From Vicugna vicugna (lineage: Eukaryota): a stretch of DNA of 64,000 nt. This document shows, piece after piece, positions 1-11,447 of the stretch. Each line of letters begins with the position of its first letter. Position 1 is the stretch's first letter. A program made the position numbers and the translations under genes. The stretch is from positions 5,781,779 through 5,845,778 of the forward strand of contig MU058198.1 in assembly GCA_013265495.1 (NCBI GenBank), in the 5' to 3' direction. The notes under the pieces were generated by a model that saw only the letters and a program-made list of their open reading frames with translations, did no database searches and was not told the origin of the DNA.

Positions 1-1373
1 AGGTCGGTGATGACGCTGGCCGGCAGTTACCTTCCTTGCCCTTCCCAGCATGGTAGCTGTGAATGCCCGAGGGCCCCCCCAGGCCACCCCCACCTTCACC
101 CTTCCTGCCCCATCTCTTCCCCCGCTGAGTGTGCAGCCCGCCCGCTCCCAGGCACTCCGCACAGTTCTGCAGGCGGAGGCTCCTCCCTCAGTGCCTTGGG
201 CGCTTTTCTGTTCTCCCTTCTCCTGCACTTCTCCCCTCACCCAGCCCGGCTCAGCTCACTGTCACCTGGAAAAGGGAACTGTGGCTTCGAGACGCACCGC
301 ATGGCCATGTCCACTTGTGCTTGGGAGAGTAAAGCCAGCTGGAGAAGCCTCGCGTGGCCTCTGCTGGAGGCGGCCTGGGCCCTGAAGCAGAGAGAACCAG
401 AAGTGCGGGCCATGGGGTGGGCGAGAGGGGGCTTTGCCCCCAAGCAGGGCAGCGTTGAGTCCAGCCCCGGCCCTCGCTGGCTGTGTGGCCTGGGCTGGTC
501 ACCTACCCTCCCAGATCGTCGGTGCCCTGACTTCTGGTTACTGAGGGTTAGTTGGGGTTAGTTAGAGGTTACTAAGGCCTAAAACCCGTAAAGGTCCAAG
601 CACAGCATGATCGGTGCCCATTTAACATAAGCTCCAATGTCCTCTGGGTCAGGGTACCTGTGAGGGCAGAGAGCTCATCAGATCCCGGGTGTCAGGAAGA
701 AGAGAGAGTGAAGGAGGGGATGGAATGACGGACAGACCCTAGTGAGGACCTTTCATCTACTTCAACAGTGTTGTAGCCTCAGAGCCTGTCAGACCAAAGC
801 CAGCTCCACTCTGGCCTCAGGTGGGGTCGGGGTCCCACCTGCTCTTCCCCCGTCTGACCCTTACAGGGCCCTTGGGCGTCTTCAGAGAACTGCTGAGCAG
901 GGGGGAGCCCAGCTTGTAAAGAGCACTGGTCTTCTCACCCATCTGATTGGCAGAAATTTTCACAAAATCATTTCCGGGGCAGGCAAAGATATAGGAAAGT
1001 GGGCGGTTGTGTTCGTTAGTGCTGGGAATAGTGTAGATGGTCAGTGTTTGGGAAAACAACCTGGCAGAAGCAACTACAGTTTAAAATGTGCACGCCCCTT
1101 GACTGTGCTGTTCTGCTTTTGGAAGCACATGAATGTGAGGACCAGAGTATTGGGCCGTTCATTGAAACACTGTGGCAGAGCAAGGCAGACGTCCACCAGC
1201 GGGCGAAGGTTGAATTACTAATAACACCTGCCTATAAAACGTGCCTCCGGCCAAAGAGAGTCAGATGTGCACATGTTGACCTGAGGAGATATTCATGATG
1301 TATCGTTAAATGAAAACAGCAGATTTCAAAGTAATACATACAGAGGTCCATTATTATTAAAAAATAAATCCTT

Positions 1374-1430
1374 ATGCTGTGCACTAGAAATTGATACAAC
1401 ATTATAAACTGACTATGCTTCAGTTAAAAA
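1374..1430 (+). mobile_element. Very short 5'-truncated L1 3' tail, inserted next to an older L1M fragment (~960-1345)
   Basis: atgctgtgcactagaaattgatacaacattataaactgactatgcttca tail, shared with the copies at 45.7 and 52.0 kb; TSD aaaa(t/g)aaatcctt. Confidence 0.8.
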
Positions 1431-1742
1431 GAAATCCTTCTGTGGGTGTAGCCCCTTCGTGTTTCATTTGAGGTGACTGAGCCTGGGGCTCAGGGTGACT
1501 TGCTCAGGGCAACGTCAGTAGCAGAGGCAGGCCTGCTGATCACAATTTGCCCCTGGGTTGGAGGATGGATCCTGAGGGGGACAGAGAGGAGGGTCCCCCC
1601 AACACGAGTGGCTGCCTGGGCAGGGGCGGGAGCACGTCGGGTGCTGAGAGCCAGCCAATCAGTGGCAGCTCCCAGGGGTGGGGGTCCTCCATCACTACTA
1701 ACAGGGCTTTCTGTCGCCTCTGGTTTTTTTCCCGTGGATTAG

Positions 1743-1787
1743 CCGAGGGACGTCGGGTACCTTGCTCAGCACCAGCTCTTTGACCAG
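1743..1787 (+). CDS. KDM8: KDM8 (JMJD5) internal 45-nt coding exon, PRDVGYLAQHQLFDQ
   Basis: Acceptor (pyrimidine tract ...ggattAG, 1741-1742) and consensus donor CAG|GTAAGT at 1788. The peptide matches the remembered KDM8 sequence immediately before IPELKQD; phase 0 at both ends. Confidence 0.95.
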
Positions 1788-2629
1788 GTAAGTCTGAGAC
1801 CACACCCCTCCATCCTTCACCCCCTCATCTCCTCCCACCTCCCATCCAGGGCACTGGCCCCAGAGGGCAGGAAGCAGTAGGTAGCAGCCTCATTTACTCC
1901 CCACTGGTGCTGCCCCCCTGCAGGGAACAGGGAGGCGCCCTGTGCCCTCCTCACCAGCAGGCAGCAGGAGAGCAGGCCAGGCCCCTGGACCAGAACGGGG
2001 GATGAGGAGGCCCCAAGAGTCAGGGTGGCCCCCAGTGGATGGAGTCAGAAGCCCAGGTATGGTCAGGACTGAGGAACAGGTCCTGGGGAGCCAGGTGACG
2101 GTAGTGGCTCTGACCTGACCCAGAAGGAGCGAGCTGCTGGCGACTTTGACTCAGAGTTCCCTGGGCAGGTCCCAGAGGCCCTCAATGATCTGCTTACAAG
2201 GCGGGGTCCCCACGCTGGGCCTGGGCGCTCTGGCAGGGGCCTGGTTCCCTTCCCCTGGGTACCCCTGGCTGGATGGAAGACCCTCAGGACAGACCGGGCA
2301 AAGACTGAAAGAGGAGGGGATGCAGGCAGGAGCTGAGATGAGGAATAGGGCTCAGGGCAGGACGAGCCCCACATACTGGATGCATCCTCCAGCCTGGGAG
2401 GGTTCGGTCCAGAAGAGCAGAGCGGGAAGGCAAAGAGGGTGTCTGGGTTTATCCAGACACAACCCCCTCGTAAGTGGAGGGAGAGTCTGTGCACCTTGTC
2501 AGGCATGTTCACTGATGGTACCTGGGCCAGTGAGCTGACATGCCCTCCTTCTCACACAGCCCTCATCCGACCCCGGGGGCCCTAGCCTCACTGAGCCACC
2601 CTGAGGCCCCCAACACCTCTACACAAACT

Positions 2630-3150
2630 AGCAGCACAAGTTCATTTCCCACCAGGTCAAAGTCTGTGGACAGTTTTAAGACTTCCACTTGTGACTACGT
2701 CACTATTTAAATAGTTTTACCACTTGATGCCACCAGCAGCCCGGCAGGAGGGTGCCCCCTCTGCCACATCCTCACCAGCACTGGATTTTATCACTTTTTC
2801 AGTCTTCGCTGGTTTGATTAGTGGGAGATGATGACAACGTTTAATTTGGGTTCTTTGCCAATAGGACTGAAACCCTTCCTGACGTCTAATTCATTTTTAT
2901 GTATCATCTGGTTTTTGTCCTTGGTTCACTTGTGTACTTTATGTATTGGGGTCCTTATTATTTTTCCTTATTACCTTGTATGAAGTCTCTCTATTAACCT
3001 TCATTTACCACAGTTCGAATAAGTTTCCTACTTTATTGGTCTTTATATTAGTTAACTTATCTTAAATGTACCAATTGCAATTGCTTTACTGTTATGTTAG
3101 TAAATTTTGGAAAATCTTCCCCTCCAGAGATTTGATAAATACTCCATCTC
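2630..3150 (-). mobile_element. Old L1ME-like fragment in a KDM8 intron
   Basis: ccacatcctcaccagcactgg...gtttaatttg motifs; T-rich strand. Confidence 0.55.
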
Positions 3151-3504
3151 ATTTTGTTTTTGTTTTTCTTTAATTTGATTTTCTAAAGTATTATAAAGCT
3201 TTAGAAAATTATAAGCTAGTTTATTTGTAAGTACAAAGTAGTGGCATCAGATTTTTAAGAAAAGGAAACAGATAAAATGCGTACGACGTGGAAACAAACT
3301 TGAAAGTAAAATTAGGACCCTTCCCTAGTAGTTATATATTTGCTTTTTTAAATTGACTTTTAAATTCCTATACAGTAAGATGTGGATACAGTCGTATTAT
3401 TACACAAGAAGTGTGGTGCTTCTGTGTGATAGCCAGTTGACTTCTAGGCTGCTGTGTCCCGAAGGCCTGGTCTTGACCCTCCACGTCTGCCCTGCTACCC
3501 ACAG

Positions 3505-3654
3505 ATCCCAGAGCTGAAGCAGGACATCAGCATCCCCGATTACTGCTGCCTGGGTGACGGGGAGGAAGAGGAGATCACCGTCAACGCCTGGTTTGGCCCC
3601 CAGGGAACAGTCTCCCCACTCCACCAGGACCCGCAGCAGAACTTCCTAGCCCAG
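3505..3654 (+). CDS. KDM8: KDM8 coding exon, 150 nt, [50 protein letters not shown] (JmjC HxD motif)
   Basis: ccacAG acceptor at 3503-3504, CAG|GTTGGA donor at 3655; contains the JmjC NAWFGP...SPLHQD iron-binding motif. Confidence 0.97.
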
Positions 3655-4149
3655 GTTGGAGTTGCTCCAGAACATCGGCCTCCCCGCTCCTGGCCCAGCC
3701 ACCTATGGCCTGGCCACATTATCGGTGTTTACCCTAGACACCAAAGAGATGGACCACTGACAGCAATGCAGACAAAAGGAGAAAGAGAAACGGTGGCAGG
3801 CCTCAGGGTGGGGCCCTCTGCCCGGTGGGGGCTGCTTCCAGATGTGGTTCTGGGATCCTAGATGCCTCACGTGGACAGAGCAAGTACCCTCAACAGCTGC
3901 CTCTCCTCTGCTGTTCACCAGAAGCAGGCCAGCTTCTCCGGTCAGAACCCTCTCTCGAAATACAAGAGGCCTGTCGGCCACTGGATAGGTTTTCCTGAGA
4001 CCCAGACAGAGGAGCGTGTGTTTGTTGTAGGAGGAGGGGCATCTGTCATAAAAGCACCTTCTCTGTCATAGACAGAGAGGTTTGACAAAGGAGAGCATTC
4101 CTCCAGCCCAGGGACAGTCCACAGAGGCAGCCGGGAGGCCGGGAGCTGG

Positions 4150-4345
4150 GGCCCAGGACCAGGCTGCCTAGTGTGAACATAGCTCTGCCACCTCTCAGCT
4201 TTGTGAACGTGGGCAACTCACTTAACCTCTTTGTGCCTCAGTTTTCTCATCTGTAAAATGGGGGTGATGATAAACCACCTCCAGGGGTTGTCGTGAGGAT
4301 TAGAGTTAATATACATAAAGCATTTAAACAGCGGTTACCAGTCAA
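4150..4345 (+). mobile_element. MIR SINE
   Basis: Core cacttaacctctttgtgcctcagttttctcatctgtaaaatgggg...gttgtcgtgaggatta. Confidence 0.85.
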
Positions 4346-4529
4346 GTGCCTGTTGACTGTTCACTGCAGTAACGAAGGCAGTGACTCATAACCTAGCTGG
4401 TGTGCTGGGCACAGGGCAGACGGGGCGCAGGGAACAGCATTAGGAATGGCGCAAGGAGGTGAGGAGGACGTGGAGGCAGCGGTGGAGGCCAGCACCTGCT
4501 GACGGCTGTGGGTCGCTCTTCCCTCGCAG

Positions 4530-4622
4530 GTGATGGGGAGGAAGTACATCCGGCTGTACTCCCCGCAGGAGTCGGAGGCCTTATATCCTCATGACACGCA
4601 CCTTCTTCATAACACAAGCCAG
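4530..4622 (+). CDS. KDM8: KDM8 penultimate coding exon, 93 nt, [31 protein letters not shown]
   Basis: ctcttccctcgcAG acceptor, CAG|GTGGGC donor; GRKY motif with the 2-oxoglutarate-binding Lys; in frame with its neighbours. Confidence 0.97.
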
Positions 4623-4711
4623 GTGGGCACTCGGGGACCCGTGGGGCTCACGGATTCTCCCACTTGTGCCATCCCTGAGACCAAGCAGATGACTTCTTCC
4701 ACTTTCTGCAG

Positions 4712-4876
4712 GTTGACGTGGAGAATCCCGACTTGGAGAAGTTCCCCAGGTTTGCCGAGGCCCCATTCCTGTCCTGCATCCTGTCTCCCGGAGAGATCCT
4801 GTTTATCCCAGTGAAGTACTGGCACTATGTGCGGGCGCTGGACTTGAGCTTCTCGGTCAGCTTCTGGTGGTCATAG
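4712..4876 (+). CDS. KDM8: KDM8 last coding exon, [54 protein letters not shown]
   Basis: ttccactttctgcAG acceptor at 4710-4711; [17 protein letters not shown] carries the third iron ligand His; TAG at 4874-4876; C-terminus SFWWS typical of KDM8. Confidence 0.97.
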   Translation, partial: VDVENPDLEKFPRFAEAPFLSCILSPGEILFIPVKYWHYVRALDLSFSVSFWWS

Positions 4877-6125
4877 CCGGAGAGGAGGGCAGATCTGCGA
4901 TGCAGGGGTGACCATGGAGTCGCTTCTCCTGGCCCGGAGTCTGGAGACGGGCTGCCCGAGCCTGCGCCTGAGGACGCCCTCCCGGGCCCAGGAGCGCCAG
5001 GCCGCTGAGTGCGTTAGAGGCAGGCGGGTGAGGCCCCAGAAGGACTTTGCAGGCTCACGATCCACATGGAAGCTCCTGGGCTCTGAGGTTGACGGCGTGG
5101 ATTTAGCCCTGCCCTGCTCTCAGCTGCTGTGTGATTTGGGGCAAGAGACCCACTGTGTGTGGGTCTCCATCTGGTTTCTGCTCTGGTTACCAAATTAGAA
5201 CCTGTCTTCAGAGCAGTGCATAGACCTTCAAGCTTGGGAAATTTTCTACTCTGCATCCTCCCAGCAACCAGTTCCCAAATTGAGAAACAGAACCACTTCC
5301 AGCATCTCGCAGGGTGAAATTCAAGGTGTGGCAAGAGTCTAGATTGTGCGGGCCTGATGGGCCACCTGGCTGGGAGAGAAACCCAGCCCAAGCTAGTTTA
5401 AGTGAAAACGCAACAGCCAGCTGGATCTGTCAGCTCCATAGCGTGTAAGGAGCCGCGGGCAGGGCTGTGAGACCTGCAGGAAGAAGCCCAGAGCCAGGCC
5501 CCTACCCAGCAGGCTTCTCTGCCTCCCCGGCCACCTCGCGTCTGCTGGTCTGGCCTTGGTTTCATTCTCCTCTTGAGATAGCCTTCTCCCCACGGGGAGA
5601 AGACAGCCCCAGCAGGTCAGCTCCATATCCTAATACCACGACTCACAGGCGTGGAAACCTGAGGGACGATTCTGACCGGCAGGCCTGGGACCTGTCCCCC
5701 AGGAGGGGCAGTGCTGGGCGGGGGGCTGCTCTGTGGTGGAGCCTGGCCCACGGGCCCCTCCTGGGTTACTAGAAGAGGGCGTGGGAAGCCCTGATGGGCA
5801 GCTGGAACTGGCTTCTCGTGTCCTCTGTAACCAGGCCAGGGAATTTGAACCTGACCATGTAGGTCTTGGGGCTTCAGAGTTTTGAGCAGACAGACCATCA
5901 GCATACGTGCATAAGAAAGCTGGCTCTCAGCTGGGGGAGGAGGATGGTCTGATCACAGAGCTTCAGGGAGGCTGAGACTGAGGCCGGGAGTGAGCCCCAG
6001 CCTGGGCAGTGCACACGTAGGACGGGCCATTTAGAAGGTGGAATCCGGGGCTCTGAGAGCAGTTGCTTGTGAGGTCGTTTATTCCCCTCTCTGGCATTAT
6101 AAATAGTTATTTACCTAATTTTTCA
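4877..6125 (+). other. KDM8: Probable KDM8 3' UTR ending near a variant poly(A) signal TATAAA (6098-6103)
   Basis: I saw no AATAAA on + after the stop. TATAAA followed by U-rich sequence lies in an AT-rich patch within otherwise GC-rich DNA. The end point is inferred. Confidence 0.45.
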
Positions 6126-9100
6126 TATGACGAATTTATTCCAAATCTCAACACCGCTGAAGGTGGTGAGGCATGAAATAGGAATGCGACCGTGTCATTG
6201 ATGACAAACAGACGAGCCATACCTAAGGGGTGGCCTGCGTAGCTCACACCGTCCCTGGCTCAGCTCCTACCAGTGGCCCAGCCTCTGCCATCCCATCCAT
6301 CCCAGTAGCCAGTCCCACTCCGGCTGAGCCGCTGCAGATGAAAGGCAGTTCCTCTGATGTAGTAGTGCTGAAGTCAGGGACCAGAGGAACCGTTCTTGAA
6401 AACATTCAGGGCCAGGCTGCCACGAGCAAACGCCCCTTGTCAGATGGGAAGACAGTAGAAGAGGAAACGTTCATATGCTGTCAGGCAGGCAAGGCTCCAG
6501 TGTTGCTGGTGTCCTGCTGGAGGGCTGGCTCAGTGCTGAGGGATGTGGACCGAAGGTGGCTGGAAATCAAAAGGCCAACCTGTTCACAGAGCCAAGGAGC
6601 GATGTAGGCACGAGGACCCCACCTCCCACCTGTCGGAGATGCACCCACTGAGATGCCTGTTCGGCACCCAGAGTCCTGTGTCAGATACAGCGTGGCTTCG
6701 AGCTGGATGAGGGCCCTGCCCACCTCATGTTTCACACTCTTGGGGAGTCTGGAGAGGAGATGGAGGGACGCGGTCCGATTGTGCTGCTGTGTGCAAAGGG
6801 CCCAGAACGAGGAGACTGGAAATGGGAAGAGCAGTGAGTGTCCCTGATCCAGTCATTCCTGGAGGGACAGTCAGGGGCACCAGGGGAGAGCAGAGCCCTG
6901 GAAGACAGCTGTGCTGGGAGGTGGGCAGGGCTGGATCACAGGGGCCTTGAGTGCTGGGCAAGCCTGGAATTTCAGGTAAGGGTTTTGGTTGGGCCGTGTG
7001 AAGGGGTCCGCAGGAAGTTCACGGTGGTATCAGCACAGGGGAGACTGGTAGCAGGAGGCCAGTGTCCCAGCGGCAAGGTGCTCGAGCCTGCGCAGTAAGA
7101 CCCTGCCTCGCCCTGAGCGCCCCACCACTCGCTGGGACAGGCAGGAAGCCGGCTGTGGGAAGTGTCCTGCCCTCCTGGTGGTGGTGTGCTGGTTTGCTCT
7201 TGGCCCCTTGGCCTCCATCCTCCCCTGCCCCTGTGAGTGCAGTCGGAGGGCGTGTCAGCCCGGTCCTTCCTGCACCTGCATCTCAGAGGTGTGTCTGGAG
7301 GAAGAATGGAACAGCTGGAGTCGATTTATGGCAGCAGCAGTGCCCTGGTGACAGGAATGGGTCTGTCCAGCCAGAACCCCCAAGTCCAAGGTCCGTCTTC
7401 CTAGATCAGTTCTCCTGCCCTGCCGTCTCTCTGCAAGCTTCCTCCTACCCCTCTGAGAAATCTCTTCTCAGGAGGGGTGGAGGGGTGCTGGGGATGGTTT
7501 CTGACACACAGCTGAACTCCCCTCCTGGTCAGGGCTCCCACGGAGCTGCACCAAGTTTTGTTATTTGCCCTCAGGACGCTGGGCTGGGGTCTGGGCTGGC
7601 TCCTGGTGATCCAGCTAAATGCCTTTCACTGCCAGGGGAGGGGGGCCTGAGGGCTCGGGCCAGACCTGGACCCTGCGCCACATTGGGCTGACGGAAGTGA
7701 ACCAGCAGAGCGTCCCTGGCCGCACAGGTGGGGGATACCCCACCCTTTTGGCGCCCACAGCTCATTCCCCCTCTGCCTGGTCGTATCACCCTCGTCACTC
7801 AGCCATGTGGCTTGGGAGGGGCTGCCCCACCCTCAGCTCAGAGGTGAGCCCCAGGTTGCCAATGCCAGTTGGACTCTCCCATCCCCACCTCCATGAGTGC
7901 CCAGATTGGATGTTTGCTGGGATGGGGGAGCCACTAAATGAGACCCGCCTTCTTCCTCCTGATGATGGGGCCTGGTGAGGCCTGGAAGCATGGCAGCCAT
8001 TTTGCTACCATGAAGAAAGAGGCTGGATGTGCTGGGAGACCGTGTTGTAGGCCCCAACATGAGAACTCAGTGACAACAGGGCAGCGACAGAAATTACAGA
8101 TGCTTGGTGACATCGCTGGAACCAATAACTCAAGCCTCTCCTGCAGGACCCTCTCTGGGAAGTCCTTCCTCATTTAAGTCAGTCTGCGTTGGGTTTTCCA
8201 TCATGACTGAAGGGGTCTTGATTGATCCTGGAATTGGAAAGGAGGTGAGAGAGGGACTTAAAAGTGTGTTAAGTGTGATGGTCAGGGGAGTGCAGGGCAG
8301 TGGGGGACTGGGAGCTGGAGGTGGTGACAGCCTAGCCAAGACCTAACTGGCAGACAGGGGTTAGCCGGCAAGGGCAGGACACAAGGAGAGGGGACAGTAG
8401 GCAGGCAGGGGGAACTGTGCGCAAAGGCTCGAGGTGAGGAACAGGTTCATTCAGGAACGGGAAGAAATGCTCTACCCTGAGAAGTGGGAGGGGAGAGGCG
8501 GTGAGATACGCAGGATCTCAGCAGGAGCGCATCAGGCACTGTGGGAGGGTCACTGGTGGAGGAGGCTGGAGCCGGGAGCAGAGGTGAGCTGTGCCGAGGG
8601 ATGGGGAGGTGACCTGGCCTAGGGCAGCGGCTGTGGGACTGAGGGCCATCTGGCAGGTGGGTTGCCTAAGACGTGATGACAGGCTTGATGCAGGAGGACC
8701 AAGGAGCGGGGGATCCAGGCCAACTCCTGACTGGGGCAACTGCAGGGCGGGGCTGCTGGTCACCACGTGGGGCAGAGGGCCCAGTGAGGACAGCATACCC
8801 CCCAGTCCTGCCCATCGGTCTCAGGCCGTTCAGGCCAGCCAGGCCAGTCCACCCTGGACCAGAAGAGAGTGTGGCCCATGGGGCATGGAGGCAGGGGGCC
8901 AAGGCTCCCACAAGTCCAAGTCGGGCCAGCCAGTGAGGATGGGACAAGTGGCCAAAGGCAAAGCTGTCCTGAGCCAGTGGCCTCCCAGTCGTGCTGGGCA
9001 GGAGGGGCTCTGCCAGCCTCATAATGGAGCAAGGGTTTCCCAGCTCTTGGGGAGCACCAGGAAGGAGGGGAAGGCCACGACATGAACCCTACACAGGTAT

Positions 9101-9136
9101 ATCCACAGATGGAGGATGCAGCAGCTACTTAGTAAG

Positions 9137-9142
9137 TTTATT
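9137..9142 (-). terminator. NSMCE1: NSMCE1 polyadenylation signal AATAAA
   Basis: tttatt on + at 9137-9142, ~115 nt downstream of the NSMCE1 stop codon, preceded by a U-rich stretch on the transcript. Confidence 0.85.
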
Positions 9143-9255
9143 CCAAACCTGTTAACAAGGGAACGTAAAAAACAAAGGAGGTGATTCATGTGCAACAGGA
9201 AAACGATGCCTCGTCCCACCAGGCCACGCAGTCACTTCCCTGATGGCAGCGCCAG

Positions 9256-9335
9256 CTAGTGCTGCCTGGATCGCGAGGACTTTTTGCTGGACTTGGAGAT
9301 GCCAGCATCTCTCTCCTTCTCGGGGTCGAAGACTT
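9256..9335 (-). CDS. NSMCE1: NSMCE1 exon 8 (last coding), (E)VFDPEKERDAGISKSSKKSSRSRQH*
   Basis: Acceptor ...tgtgtacAG (9338-9336), TAG at 9258-9256; 80 nt completes an 801-nt CDS (266 aa, the length I recall for human NSMCE1). Confidence 0.95.
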
Positions 9336-9832
9336 CTGTACACAAAAAAGCCACAAAGTACCGTGAATGGCAGGGCTGGCTGACATCCACAGCCACACTC
9401 GTGTGCCAAGGACTCTGTCCTGTGGGACATTCTTCACTGCTAACACTCCAGGGAGGCAGGAGTAGCCCCAGCTGACAGATGAATGAACTGAGGGAGCTGG
9501 GGAGGCCCCTTTCATTGCTCCCTCCTCCCCCACCCCCAAGACAGCTGCCAGGGAGAGTCTTGTCTACACCTGACCCTCCCTCACAGGCCTTGGATTTCTA
9601 CTGGGTTCCAGACAGCCCTGTGGAACTGAGGAAGCAAGCCTGCCTCCCCTGACTGCAGAAGCTGCTTCACCGCGTGGGGCTCGGGTCCCGCACATGTGTG
9701 GAGCCCTTTTGAGAGTGCCCTGTCCTCTCCTTCCCCCGTCCCTGCTCAGCCAGCACGCGGGCACGCACTCTACCCTGCCAGCCCAGCTCCCGCTGGAGGC
9801 CAGCAGGAGAGGGAGGGCTCAGGGACACGAAC

Positions 9833-9953
9833 CTGGTATCTCATGGGGCCAGTAGTCATTACAGTGGGGGCAGTGCGGCTCCGAATTGGACTGGAAGTAC
9901 TTGGCCACACAAGGTAAGTGCATCCTGATCCCACAGGTGTCGCAGCTTTGACC
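9833..9953 (-). CDS. NSMCE1: NSMCE1 exon 7, [40 protein letters not shown] (NSE1 RING-like domain)
   Basis: tttcAG acceptor, CAG|GTTCGT donor; 121 nt; Cys/His zinc-ligand pattern of the NSE1 RING variant. Confidence 0.97.
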
Positions 9954-10810
9954 CTGAAACAAGAAAGGCGATGGCCAGGGCGCCTGGCACACATCCCGTG
10001 TCCATAAACCTTCAGGGAGCTGCAAGGAAAACGTCCTGCAGGCTCTGACTTTTTGTCTTCCAGGCCCCAGGCTAATCAGAACAACCCCAAAGTCTTCAGT
10101 GCAGTGGGTTTTAGTAAAGAATTCTGACAAATGAGCACAGAGGGGAAAAGCTCAAGACTCCAATGGCCAGAGGACGGCGGCGGGGGTGGCAGGCCAGGCC
10201 CAGCAGAGCAGCAAGGCGGCCCCAAATCCCCCGCACACGTGGGCCCTGCAAGTGGGCCTGAGGATGGCTGCCACATTTCAGAAGGCTGTTCAGCGATGTG
10301 GGTCAGAAGCTTTAAAAAGCTGTGTGCACGCTCTGTTCCAGAAGTTCTACTCCTAGGAATTCAACCCAAGGAAACCACCACTGGGGGCCCAAGGATGGAT
10401 GCGCAGAGAGGCCCACCCCAGTGCAGGTGGCGACTGCACTGAGAGAAAAGGAGGAAAACATGAATGTCCAGCACTGGCCCAGCTGCTCTGAAGCCCTACG
10501 AAGTTCACAGGGTAAAACATGACGGGAAAACCACAGCTGACGTAGGAAGAGATTCGCCACACAGCCGCCAACATAGCACAGGCTACACCAAAGATTTCCG
10601 AGAGCCTTCCTGGAGAAAAATTAATAAAAAGAGCCCTGGAGCTAGAACAGAGGGACCAGGGAGGAGACGCAGGCATTTGCGTGCTCATCCTCGGACACGT
10701 CTGAGGAGACGCCCCACATCTGCTTGTGTCGGAGGAGGCTAGGGCAGTGCCAGAGGCCTGGGCCCAGAAGGAGAGCTGTAGAAGGCGCCCGCCGCCCTGC
10801 CCCGCGGTAC

Positions 10811-10927
10811 CTGGATGAGCAGGCTGTGGCAGATGTTGCAGACCTTCACAGCGTCGGGGTACGTCTCCCGGATGTACTGCTCCATCTCCAGGATGGCCCG
10901 GCCGTGCAGCGTGAACTCCCCTTCCTT
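10811..10927 (-). CDS. NSMCE1: NSMCE1 exon 6, KEGEFTLHGRAILEMEQYIRETYPDAVKVCNICHSLLIQ
   Basis: cccctgcAG acceptor, CAG|GTACCG donor; 117 nt, phase 0; first CxxC of the RING. Confidence 0.97.
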
Positions 10928-11336
10928 CTGCAGGGGCCGGGCGGGAGAGGCGCTCTTGGATGACACTGGCACCCCCACGGCCCAAGGCCCAGAAAGGAGC
11001 AGAAGTTTGCACATCCACCCCAGCGCAGCAGGCGTCCACGCCGGCCCCCTGCAGAGCCTCAAGTGGGGAAAACCCAGGCAAGACCCAAAGGAAGTCGAGG
11101 TGAGGACCGCCACCCCCGAATTTCTTTATTAGCACCTTACTTGAACCTTCACAGGCGGGATCACCGACCTTGCACGGCAGTCACCCGAGCGAGCCCTGCC
11201 CAGCCCCACTGCCATGAGCACACTGAGGCCAGGAGAGGGAGGCAGTGTCCCTGCGGGGTGAACTGCACTGCCCATACCCAGGTGCCCACTCCTTCCTTCC
11301 TTCCCACAGCCCGCCCACCCCACCCCACCCCCAGAG

Positions 11337-11447
11337 AGCAGCTCCTGGCTCCCAGGCCGTCCTTGGCCCTGTGGCTGGTACCTTCTCAAAAGCAGCTCCT
11401 GGCTCCCAGGCCCTCCTTGGCCCTGTGGCTGGTACCTTCTCAAAAGC
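11337..11447. repeat. Tandem duplication, 2 x 54 bp with one mismatch
   Basis: agcagctcctggctcccaggcc(g/c)tccttggccctgtggctggtaccttctcaaa at 11337-11390 and 11391-11444. Confidence 0.95.

Noticed and set aside
1..8. Possible donor of the preceding KDM8 exon (AG|GTCGGT) at the window edge
   Set aside because: The phase would fit, but only 2 nt of putative exon are visible, so it cannot be supported.
7..561. 184-aa ORF and other long GC-rich ORFs (7062-7691, 12122-12757, 20425-21117, 8591-9085)
   Set aside because: Intronic or intergenic, Pro/Gly/Ser/Arg-rich with no recognisable domain, overlapping ORFs in several frames; expected in GC-rich DNA.
9911..9919. Perfect + strand donor AAG|GTAAGT inside NSMCE1 exon 7
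   Set aside because: Explained by the antisense His-Leu-Pro-Cys codons; no supporting + strand exon.
10353..11135. 260-aa ORF on -
   Set aside because: An alternative frame across NSMCE1 exon 6 and its flanking introns; no domain and no independent gene signals.
11337..11447. Direct repeats considered as CRISPR-like arrays (also 36181-36230, 63010-63120)
   Set aside because: No unique spacers, only 2-3 adjacent units, eukaryotic context and no cas genes.
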